Shown: positions 27,542 to 35,712 of the stretch, one piece after another
Layout: every line of letters begins with the position of its first letter
Numbering within the stretch: position 1 is the stretch's first letter
From: an uncultured Acidobacteriaceae bacterium
GTDB lineage: Bacteria; Acidobacteriota; Terriglobia; Terriglobales; Acidobacteriaceae
Length of the DNA: 64,000 nucleotides
Assembly (NCBI GenBank): GCA_963758505.1
Contig: CAVWVJ010000002.1
Span: forward strand, 3,237-67,236
Direction: 5' to 3'
The notes under the pieces: model-generated
What the model was told of the DNA's origin: nothing
Databases searched by the model: none
What the model saw: the letters and a program-made list of their open reading frames with translations, nothing else
Position numbers and translations under genes: made by a program

Positions 27542-28426
27542 GTGAGGAAGGCAGCAACAGAACTGCTAAGACTTACGGTTTTGTGCGGCGTGGCCCTAGC
27601 TACGACGTTCTCGGCATGGTCGCAGCCACCCGAGTATGAGGCCCATCCCAGGGATTTCGTTCGCGTCGCCATTTATAACGAACTGCACGCCCACGCCAAT
27701 GGCGAACACTTCATGTGGAAGGACACGGACAAGAAGCCGAAGGCGACTACCACCAAGCTGATGATCGAAACCAAGCAAGGCGTCATCAGCCGATTGATTT
27801 CCTTGAACGGTCGGCCGCTCACCGCACAAGAGCGTGCCCAGGATGATGTCCGCGTCAACCGGTTGCTCTCTGATCCCAGTGCTTTGCGCAAAAAGCAGCA
27901 GGAACAACGGGACGACGAAGCCCACGTGCAGAAGCTGCTGGCGGCCATCCCCGACGCCTTTATTTTCAAGTATGACGGGGTAGAGAACAGCCCGAGCGGC
28001 AAGCTCGTGCACTACACCTTCCAGCCCGACCCCAATTTCGATGCCCCCAACCATGAGGCGCGTGTGTTCGAAGGCATGAAGGGCGATTTGCTGATCGATC
28101 TCGACGCCAAGCGAATTTCGAAGATCGATGCCACGCTGTTTCAGCCGGTGGACTTCGGCTGGGGGATTCTGGGCCGCCTCGATCGCGGGGGACGTTTCCT
28201 GATCGAACAACGCTGTATCGGAGGAACTCGTTGGGAAACCACGCATTCTGTCCTCCACTTCACCGGCAAAGCCCTGATGTTCAAGCCCATCAACATCCAG
28301 GAAGATGAGACGCTCTTCGATTTCCAGCGCGTCGACAACGGTCTCAGCGTCGCGCAAGGCATCGAAGCCATGAAAAAGGCCGACGACATAGTTGCCGAAA
28401 ATAGCGGCGGCAACGGCCAGAAGTAA
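27542..28426 (+). CDS. Hypothetical secreted protein
   Basis: GTG start after AGGAG. Signal peptide ..ATTFSAWSQ. 294 aa with no recognised catalytic motif. Confidence 0.6.
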   Translation: MRKAATELLRLTVLCGVALATTFSAWSQPPEYEAHPRDFVRVAIYNELHAHANGEHFMWKDTDKKPKATTTKLMIETKQGVISRLISLNGRPLTAQERAQDDVRVNRLLSDPSALRKKQQEQRDDEAHVQKLLAAIPDAFIFKYDGVENSPSGKLVHYTFQPDPNFDAPNHEARVFEGMKGDLLIDLDAKRISKIDATLFQPVDFGWGILGRLDRGGRFLIEQRCIGGTRWETTHSVLHFTGKALMFKPINIQEDETLFDFQRVDNGLSVAQGIEAMKKADDIVAENSGGNGQK

Positions 28427-28502
28427 TCCTGTACGAATTGCTAGACTGTTGAGCGGACGGCATCCCCCTTGCCGTAATTCCCTTCTGCTAAACTTCCCTC
28501 CA

Positions 28503-29897
28503 ATGGCAGAAAATTTTGCGATCGCGATCCTGGCTGCAGGCAAGGGCACGCGCCTCAAATCGAAACTCCCAAAAGTACTGCATGAGATCGCGGGCAGGCC
28601 ATTGCTGGGCCACGTCGTCACCGCGGCAAAACAGGTGGTTCCCGCAAATCGGATCTTCGCCATCATCGGCCACGAAGCCGAACGAGTTCGCGAAGCGATG
28701 CAAGCGACCGGCATCCACTTCGTCGAGCAGAGAGAGCAGCGCGGAACTGGCCACGCCATCCTGCAAACGCGCGAGGCACTAAAAGATTTCGACGACGTGC
28801 TCGTGCTCTCCGGAGACGTCCCCCTGATTCGTCCGGAAACCATGCAGCGCGTGATCAAGTTTCATCTCCGCATGCAGGCGGCGATGACCATCCTGACCAC
28901 TGAGCCGAAAGATCCTTTTGGCTATGGGCGAGTCTTCCGCAAGGGCGGCGGCGATGAAGTCGAGAGCATCATCGAGCAGAAGCAGCTCTCCGGCGCCCAA
29001 CTTACGCACGCAGAAATCAACAGCGGCATCTACGCTTTTCGCGTGAAGCCTTTGTTCGCGAACCTGGACAAGGTGACTACCGACAATCCGCACGGCGAGT
29101 ATTACCTCACGGACGTCGCTGCCATCCTCTCCAAGGCCGGAGAAAAGGTAGTTGCCTTGCGTTCGGACGATCCGACCGAAGTGCTTGGCGTGAATACCCG
29201 CAACGAATTAGCCGAACTCGACGCCCATCTCCGATTGCGAAAAACCCAAGAGTTAATGGCCGCGGGAGTTAGCATTTTCAAGCCGGAGAGCTGTGTCATC
29301 GATGCCGACGTGGAGATCGGCACTGATACGGTCATCGAACCCTTCGTGCAGCTTCTCGGACAAACCAGGATCGGCTCCGAATGCCGCATTCGCTCGTACT
29401 CTGTCGTCTCGAACTCCACGCTGGGCAACGGCGTTCTTTTACGCCACGGGTCGATCGTGGACCAGGCCAAGGTCGCCGACGGAGCACTGCTCGGCCCATA
29501 CTGCCATTTGCGTCCGGGAAGCGATATCGGCGACGGCGCGCACATCGGCAACTTCGTCGAAACGAAAAAGACGAAGCTCGGCAGAGGATCGAAGGCCAAT
29601 CACCTCACCTATCTCGGCGACGCGGAAATCGGCGAAGGAGTTAACATCGGCGCCGGAACGATCACCTGTAACTACGATGGCGTGAATAAATTCGGCACCG
29701 TCATTGGGGATGGAGTCTTCGTCGGGAGCGACACCACTCTCGTGGCTCCCATCGAGATTGGCCAAGGTGCCTACATCGGGGCCGCTTCGTGCATCACGGA
29801 AAATGTCCCGCAAGACGCCCTGGCGGTCGCGCGTGCACGCCAGACGAACAAAGAAGGTTGGGCCAAAAAGAAACGCGAAGAACGCAAGAAAAGGTAA
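28503..29897 (+). CDS. glmU: Bifunctional UDP-N-acetylglucosamine pyrophosphorylase / glucosamine-1-phosphate N-acetyltransferase
   Basis: N-terminal AILAAGKGTRLKS nucleotidyltransferase motif and C-terminal left-handed beta-helix hexapeptide repeats (NYDG..K..T.IGD..FVGS). Confidence 0.9.
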   Translation: MAENFAIAILAAGKGTRLKSKLPKVLHEIAGRPLLGHVVTAAKQVVPANRIFAIIGHEAERVREAMQATGIHFVEQREQRGTGHAILQTREALKDFDDVLVLSGDVPLIRPETMQRVIKFHLRMQAAMTILTTEPKDPFGYGRVFRKGGGDEVESIIEQKQLSGAQLTHAEINSGIYAFRVKPLFANLDKVTTDNPHGEYYLTDVAAILSKAGEKVVALRSDDPTEVLGVNTRNELAELDAHLRLRKTQELMAAGVSIFKPESCVIDADVEIGTDTVIEPFVQLLGQTRIGSECRIRSYSVVSNSTLGNGVLLRHGSIVDQAKVADGALLGPYCHLRPGSDIGDGAHIGNFVETKKTKLGRGSKANHLTYLGDAEIGEGVNIGAGTITCNYDGVNKFGTVIGDGVFVGSDTTLVAPIEIGQGAYIGAASCITENVPQDALAVARARQTNKEGWAKKKREERKKR

Positions 29898-30010
29898 TCC
29901 TTCCTGTTCCGCCCTGCCCTTCCAGGCAACCCCAAACAGCAGCCCACGAAATCGCGCCGCAGCTTTCGATTCCGTCCCATCCTGCTCTGGATGTGCGCGA
30001 CCATGGACTT

Positions 30011-30358
30011 ATGGAAAACGACGCAGCGAACAGCATCTTTCCGAAAACAGCGGGTAGCTCGAAGCGAGACGCCGACCAGACCCACGGACAGCGGGAGATC
30101 GATACGCCCGCCGAAGGCGCTGATGTGGTCAACCCGGGATCGGTGCCGAGTGGCTCCGGCGACCGCGTAAATCCTTCGGGTCCCAGCACGGGAACGGAAG
30201 GATGGGGTACGGGGCCGGGCGAACAGAACATCGCAATGACCAACGTAGCCGCCAATAATCCACCCGGCAGCGGAAGCAAGCACAATCCGGAACCGGGGCA
30301 GCCGAAAGATATCCGTCACGATGACGTTCGCAAACGAAGCGACAAGATGGCGAGTTGA
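30011..30358 (+). CDS. Hypothetical Gly/Pro/Ser/Asn-rich hydrophilic protein (uncertain)
   Basis: 115-codon ORF ending 11 nt before the DUF1059-like gene. Low complexity and no clear SD sequence. Confidence 0.3.
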   Translation: MENDAANSIFPKTAGSSKRDADQTHGQREIDTPAEGADVVNPGSVPSGSGDRVNPSGPSTGTEGWGTGPGEQNIAMTNVAANNPPGSGSKHNPEPGQPKDIRHDDVRKRSDKMAS

Positions 30359-30369
30359 ATGGAGGTACG

Positions 30370-30582
30370 ATGACTGACAATCCGAAGAACGGGCAAGAGC
30401 GAACATTCCGATGCGCCGATGCCGGCTATAAGCAATGCAACTGGCAGGTCACCGGCCATAATGACAACGAGATCCTGGATCGCGTGCGGCAGCACGGGCA
30501 GGAAGCGCACGGCATCACCAACTTCGACGACAACATGAAGCGCAAGGTCCAGGAAAACATTCACGATCGCCAAGTGGCATAA
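30370..30582 (+). CDS. DUF1059-like small protein
   Basis: FRCADAGYKQCNWQVTGHNDNEILDRVRQHGQEAHG matches the F.C.D.G..C.....G....E......H....HG pattern. GGAGG lies 4 nt upstream. Confidence 0.7.
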   Translation: MTDNPKNGQERTFRCADAGYKQCNWQVTGHNDNEILDRVRQHGQEAHGITNFDDNMKRKVQENIHDRQVA

Positions 30583-30629
30583 CTCGCAAACGCCAGTTTG
30601 CGGGGACACACAAGCTCCCTCCTGACGCA

Positions 30630-30667
30630 GCAAAGGACGGCCTCTTCGGGGTCGTCCTTTGCTTTTG
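30630..30667 (+). terminator. Intrinsic terminator between convergent genes
   Basis: GCAAAGGACGgcctcttcggggtCGTCCTTTGC followed by TTTTG. Confidence 0.75.
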
Positions 30668-30678
30668 TGCAGGCAAAC

Positions 30679-31758
30679 TTATCGCGTGAGATGTGGGGTG
30701 GCCAGTTCTTCCGTGCGCGCGCGCCGCTCCATCGCCTGGCGTTTGGAAAACACGCCCGGGATGTGTGCGCCACAGTGGCGGCAGTTGCCTTCCGCAACGT
30801 CGTTACTCGTCACGGAGTGCCACGAGCGGCGGATAATCCGCTCCTGGCATCCGGGACAAATCGTGTCCCCGCCATCGGAGAAAATGTTGCCCTCGTAAAC
30901 GTATTTCAGCCCCATCTGCAGGGCGAGCTTCCGGGCACGGTGCAGCGTCTCCGGCGGCGTAGCCGGTTTATCGACCAGTTTGAAATCCGGATGGAACGCC
31001 GTGAAATGCAGCGGAACATCGTCGCCAAGGTTTTCCAGGATCCAGTGCACCAGTTGCCGGAACTCTTCCTGCTCATCGTTGAGAGTAGGAATGATCAGGT
31101 TCGTGATCTCGAACCACACGCCGCTCTCGTGCCGCAGCCACCGCAGCGTGTCAAGCACGGGCTGTAGATGCGTCAGCGTGATCTTGGAGTAAAACTTTTC
31201 CGTGAAGCCCTTGAGATCGATATTGGCTGCGTCGATATGTTGATAAACATCGAAGAAGGCCTCGCGCGTGATGTAGCCGTTCGAAACCATCACGTTGTTC
31301 AATCCCGCGGAATGCGCCTCGCGCGCGATGTCGATCACGTACTCACCCCAGATCGTCGGCTCATTGTAAGTAAACGCGAGATGCGGGATGCGCCGCTCGA
31401 CTGCAAGTTCCACCACATCGCTCGGCGAAAGATCGACGGCCTGTATCTGGTCGGACTTAGCCTTGGAAATATCCCAGTTCTGGCAGAAAAAGCAGCCCAT
31501 ATTGCAGCCCGCTGTGCCCATCGAGAGAATCCGTGTACCCGGAAAGAAATGGTTCAGCGGCTTTTTCTCGACCGGGTCCACGTTGACCGCTGCCGGCCGC
31601 CCATAGCCCAACTGATATAGACGACCATCCATGTTCTTGCGGATGAAGCAGAAACCGGTCTGGTCTTTCCCGATGTGGCAGTGACGCGGACAGAGATAGC
31701 AGTGGAGACGGCCGTCGGCCATGGTCTCCCACCAGCGTGCCTCGTGTAACTCAGGCAT
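30679..31758 (-). CDS. AmmeMemoRadiSam-system-type radical SAM enzyme
   Basis: CYLCPRHCHI..G..GFC..R, DPVEKKPLNHFFPG and the radical SAM cluster GCNMGCFFCQNW. The C-terminal CPGC...C..CG cluster is typical of this subfamily. Confidence 0.85.
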   Translation of the reverse strand: MPELHEARWWETMADGRLHCYLCPRHCHIGKDQTGFCFIRKNMDGRLYQLGYGRPAAVNVDPVEKKPLNHFFPGTRILSMGTAGCNMGCFFCQNWDISKAKSDQIQAVDLSPSDVVELAVERRIPHLAFTYNEPTIWGEYVIDIAREAHSAGLNNVMVSNGYITREAFFDVYQHIDAANIDLKGFTEKFYSKITLTHLQPVLDTLRWLRHESGVWFEITNLIIPTLNDEQEEFRQLVHWILENLGDDVPLHFTAFHPDFKLVDKPATPPETLHRARKLALQMGLKYVYEGNIFSDGGDTICPGCQERIIRRSWHSVTSNDVAEGNCRHCGAHIPGVFSKRQAMERRARTEELATPHLTR

Positions 31759-31987
31759 AGTAACTTCCGAGTAACTAGCTGACTCCATTTTACAACGATG
31801 CGTGGAATGGGAAACGGGGCGCCAACGCAGTTTTTTGCGCTTTGGGGAGGCGCCCCGGGTTGTGGATTTGGGTCTAGTTAATCAGATAGACGATGGCTTC
31901 TAGTAAACGTCACGGCTGGCTCTGGGAAATTCCAGAGTCAATGCCGAGGCTTGTTCATACCGCGTTGCCTGTATCCACCGCGCGGAG

Positions 31988-32863
31988 TTATTGCTTGGTC
32001 GCCAACGGATTTTTCGTCTTCTCGAAATATTCGTTTTGCAGGCGGATCGTATCCTGGTCGGCTTTTACCGCACGGAATGCGTCAGCGACACTGTTGATCC
32101 AGGTATTCATGTCGAACTCCCCCAGCTCCTTCGTGGCCTGCGAAGGATCGCCCGCGAAGTGATCGGGAAACTTCGCGTACCACCAGATCCCGGTATAGAG
32201 ACTGTCCGGCAGCTTCAGCCGGTTCTGGTCCACGCCGGATTCCTGGTGAATGCGATCCATGCGCAGCAGGTCGGGATGGGTCACCATCATGTGCGACGTC
32301 TCGGTGGCTCCGGCATGCATATCGGTTCCACTACGCTTGGCGGGACGGCCCGGCACGTCGAGATGCGGCAAGCCATAGATGAAAACCGCAAAATCGCGCG
32401 GCGACGCAAGCTGCGACTGCGCGAACAGCGGCAGCAGACTCTCGTTGCCTCCATGGCCGTTCACGATCACGATCTTCTTGCAGCCATTGCGAGCCATTTC
32501 GTTCACCGTCTCCTGCAAGAGTTTCAATTGCAGTTCGAGACTGTAGGCGACCGTCCCCGGCTCCTGGCGCGCTTCGAAAATCTGGCTGAAGTAATACTGC
32601 GGGAATACGACGACAAACTCCTTCTCTGCGGCGGCAAGACTTGCATATCGCACATTGAGCAGGTCGGTCCCAATCGGCATATGCGGTCCATGTTTCTCGA
32701 GAATTCCGATCGGAAGCGCGCAGGTGTTGTGTGCCTGGTCGATGGCCTTCACGAAATCGGAGGCTGTCAGTTCCTCCCACTTCACGGAAAGTTTTTCCTG
32801 TGCGGCAGCGCCGAGGGAGAAAAGCAAGAATGTTGAGAACACCATACGACAGAAGTTTTTCAT
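31988..32863 (-). CDS. Creatininase-family amidohydrolase with a signal peptide
   Basis: LEKHGPHMPIGTD, VIVNGHGGN and HAGATETS motifs. N-terminal signal peptide MKNFCRMVFSTFLLFSLGAAAQ. Confidence 0.8.
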   Translation of the reverse strand: MKNFCRMVFSTFLLFSLGAAAQEKLSVKWEELTASDFVKAIDQAHNTCALPIGILEKHGPHMPIGTDLLNVRYASLAAAEKEFVVVFPQYYFSQIFEARQEPGTVAYSLELQLKLLQETVNEMARNGCKKIVIVNGHGGNESLLPLFAQSQLASPRDFAVFIYGLPHLDVPGRPAKRSGTDMHAGATETSHMMVTHPDLLRMDRIHQESGVDQNRLKLPDSLYTGIWWYAKFPDHFAGDPSQATKELGEFDMNTWINSVADAFRAVKADQDTIRLQNEYFEKTKNPLATKQ

Positions 32864-32983
32864 AGGGCCTCCGGGTAGGGATTGCTGAACGCCCCCACAC
32901 GATAACACTCTCCGCCCTGTCAAGTGCTGTTCCGCGGCCATCGCGCTCCGCCGACAGAGATGATTGCAGTTTCATTACTTCTT

Positions 32984-33030
32984 CTTGTCATCCCGAGGAG
33001 CGCAGCGACGTGGGGATCTGCTGTTTTGTC
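32984..33030. repeat. Single copy of the cttgtcatcc(n)gaggagcgcagcgacgt.gggatctgctg repeat module
   Basis: cttgtcatcccgaggagcgcagcgacgtggggatctgctgtttt. The same module appears in the 56.6-57.6 kb array. Confidence 0.85.
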
Positions 33031-33200
33031 GGGGTTCAGGAGAACAGCCGGTGCCACGTCGGCTGTCGTTGCGCGATAAGAAAAACATCGCTAGTCTCCC
33101 TGCCATGAACGCGGCTCCGATCCTCGAGTGGCACACATTGCTAGCGGTGCAGGCCGGCGCCGCTGCCACGCCCATGCTGGTGGAAATTCTTCGCTAAAAC

Positions 33201-34289
33201 TCAGTCGGAGTTGGACGACGCAACCGCTCGTGTGGACTCACGAACCACCAGCTCCGGCATCATCTTGCGATGAACGACAGAGATCTCTCCCGGGCTCAGG
33301 TCTGCGGTGAGAGACTCGACTACGATTTCCACCGCCGTCGACCCCATCGCCTCCATCGGCTGCCGGATCGTGGTAAGTGCGGGAACCGACAGCGCCGCAG
33401 GCGCCACGTCGTCGAAGCCGATCACCGAACATTGATCCGGAACTTTGATGCCCCGCTCCGCCAGCCCGCGCATCACGCCGAGAGCCGTCATATCGTCGAA
33501 AGCCAGCACGGCGGTAAAAGGCTTCTTGCGCTGCACCAGCTCTTCGACCGCGCGATATCCGCCCTCGAAACTCGAGTTCGGTTCCTTGCGATCCGGAAGT
33601 TCCACCACCAGCTTCGGATCGATGCTCAAGCCTACCGATTGTGCAAACGCGGTAATACCTGCCCAGCGGATCGGACTGTCCACTACCATCTTCGGTCCCC
33701 GCACAAAGGCAATCTTCCGATGCTGCAACGAATGGAGATGCTGCAGGGCGAGGCGCCCGCCGTTCTCGTTATCCACGAGAATGGAATTGATCGAATCGTT
33801 TTCCAGTTCGCGTCCGATGAGTACGGTCGGAACGTTGCGCTTCTCAAGATCGGCAAGGAGGTTGATATCCACGACCGTCCAGTTGGCGACAACGATCATC
33901 CCCTCCACCCGGTGCTCGAGCAGCATTTCGAGATAACGCTCGAAGCGGCTCAGCTCGTTGTGCGCATCGGCCAGCACCGAGACGTATGAGGAGTGATACA
34001 GGCTGTTCTCGATGCCGCGCAGGATCGGAGTGCAGAATGGGTCGGTGAGATCGAAGACCACGACCCCGATCGTGTTGTTGCGGCGGCTCCGCAAAGAGCG
34101 CGCCAGCTGATTCGGCTGGTAGCCGAGCTTGCGCGCAGCCTTGATGATGCGCTCTTTGGTCGTCGCCTGGATGTAGCGCGACAGCGGCGCATTGTTAAGA
34201 ACAATCGAAACCGTGGCCGGGGAAAACCCACTCTCGGCGGCAACATCGCGGATCGTCGAAGCGCGCTTCGCGCCTTTCTTCGCATTCAT
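33201..34289 (-). CDS. LacI-family transcriptional regulator
   Basis: N-terminal HTH STIRDVAAESGFSPATVSIVLNN and a periplasmic-binding-protein-like sugar-binding core. Start at MNAKKG. The longer ORF extension to 34835 overlaps the next gene in another frame. Confidence 0.85.
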   Translation of the reverse strand: MNAKKGAKRASTIRDVAAESGFSPATVSIVLNNAPLSRYIQATTKERIIKAARKLGYQPNQLARSLRSRRNNTIGVVVFDLTDPFCTPILRGIENSLYHSSYVSVLADAHNELSRFERYLEMLLEHRVEGMIVVANWTVVDINLLADLEKRNVPTVLIGRELENDSINSILVDNENGGRLALQHLHSLQHRKIAFVRGPKMVVDSPIRWAGITAFAQSVGLSIDPKLVVELPDRKEPNSSFEGGYRAVEELVQRKKPFTAVLAFDDMTALGVMRGLAERGIKVPDQCSVIGFDDVAPAALSVPALTTIRQPMEAMGSTAVEIVVESLTADLSPGEISVVHRKMMPELVVRESTRAVASSNSD

Positions 34290-34335
34290 AACAGGCTCAT
34301 GTGATAGTCCATTCCCGCTCGGAAAGCAACCACTG

Positions 34336-35115
34336 TCATCGCCCGTCAGCTTCCGCACGAAGAGCGTGGTCCAGCTTCTCCTTTTCCTCCGGAAGCAATT
34401 CCCGGCAATCGCCCTTCGCCAAATCGCCCAGCAGGAGCGGCCCGATCGCGACCCGGACGAGGCGCAACACCTCCACCTGTAAGCTCGCCAGCATGCGCCG
34501 GATCTGCCGGTTGCGGCCCTCGTCCAGAACGATCTCCAGCCAGCAATTTTTCGCGCCCGTTCGCAACAACAATGCCTTGCGCGCGTGCAACAACTCCCCG
34601 TCGGCGCGGATCCCGCTCTCCAGGCGGCTGAGTAAACTAGCTTCCGGCTGTCCCGTAACCTGCACGTGATAGGTCTTCGGCAAATGCGATCGCGGATCGG
34701 TGATGCGCGCCGCCCATTCCGAGTCGTTGGTGAGCAGCAGCAGTCCTTCACTCGCCTTGTCCAGTCGTCCGACCGGCGCAACCCAGGGCAACTCCTCCGG
34801 CAACAGGGAATACACCGTGTCTCTTCCCTTCTCATCGGAAGCCGTAGTCACGATGCCCCGCGGTTTGTTCAGGACCAGGTAGAGGTTGCTGGCTCTTTCC
34901 ACCTTCCGCTCGCCGACCGCAATGCGGTCGTGCTCCAGGCTGACGGGAAATTCAGGATCGCGACGAACCTTGCCATTCACCGTAACATTGCCGGCGCGAA
35001 TGATCTCGAAGGCGCGCGAACGCGAGCAGTAGCCAAGCTTGGAGAGCGCTCGAGCGAGCCCTACCCGACGCTGCGTCGCTATCTTTTCGTTTTCGTAGGC
35101 CGCAGCACTCTGCAA
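34336..35115 (-). CDS. Pseudouridine synthase (RsuA/RluB family)
   Basis: S4 domain (LSKLGYCSRSRAFEIIRAGNVTVNG) and the catalytic GRLDKASEGLLLLTND motif. Confidence 0.85.
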   Translation of the reverse strand: MQSAAAYENEKIATQRRVGLARALSKLGYCSRSRAFEIIRAGNVTVNGKVRRDPEFPVSLEHDRIAVGERKVERASNLYLVLNKPRGIVTTASDEKGRDTVYSLLPEELPWVAPVGRLDKASEGLLLLTNDSEWAARITDPRSHLPKTYHVQVTGQPEASLLSRLESGIRADGELLHARKALLLRTGAKNCWLEIVLDEGRNRQIRRMLASLQVEVLRLVRVAIGPLLLGDLAKGDCRELLPEEKEKLDHALRAEADGR

Positions 35116-35553
35116 TCAGACGCGCCAGTCGTCGGCGCGCCACTGTTGAATCGCCTTCTTGATATCGGCGTTGGTCATTTTCTCATCGAGCGCCTGTTCC
35201 ACCAGCCTCGGGCACTCACCGTCGGAAGCGAACCGGAGCGCGACGATCTGGCTCTCTCGCAGTTCCGGGATCCTCGAGCGCAACGGCTCGGAAAGTATTT
35301 CATGCAGGCGAAGCCTCTCCTCCAGCCGAATCACGCGGGTCTGGACTTTAAGAGCGTACAACCGGGTCTTGAATGCCAGGATCAGCACTGCGAGGAAAAA
35401 AATCACCATCGCCCAGCGGTGGATCCCCGGATGCCGCACCGCGTAAACAATCGACCACACCACCGCCGTGCTAAAGACCGGAAGTAGTCCAAAGTGAAAG
35501 AGAGGGTCGTAACGGACATGGTTCTGCAGCGACTGCGGGACTGGGTCACTCAT
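35116..35553 (-). CDS. Hypothetical two-TM membrane protein
   Basis: Two hydrophobic helices followed by a helical soluble tail. The stop abuts the start of the pseudouridine synthase gene. Confidence 0.55.
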   Translation of the reverse strand: MSDPVPQSLQNHVRYDPLFHFGLLPVFSTAVVWSIVYAVRHPGIHRWAMVIFFLAVLILAFKTRLYALKVQTRVIRLEERLRLHEILSEPLRSRIPELRESQIVALRFASDGECPRLVEQALDEKMTNADIKKAIQQWRADDWRV

Positions 35554-35712
35554 AGTGTTTCGCCCTCCAGAGTAGGCGCCATGGTAACGCATGTACCTGT
35601 TTCGCACAGGGCTAAGGTAAGAAACCCATTCGAAATCAGCAGCAGTTCACATCCAGCAGCAGTACTCTTCCATTAACACTGGCATCCAACAGGCTAGTAT
35701 TGGGAGTACCCC

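Noticed and set aside
33129-33141. Sigma-54-like promoter TGGCACacatTGC
   Set aside because: The spacing between the -24 GG and the -12 GC is two nucleotides too short.
34290-34835. N-terminal extension of the LacI ORF to 544 aa (33201..34835)
   Set aside because: The extension is Arg/Cys/Trp-rich with no homology. It overlaps the well-supported pseudouridine synthase gene on the same strand in another frame. The LacI HTH begins right after the internal MNAKKG start.
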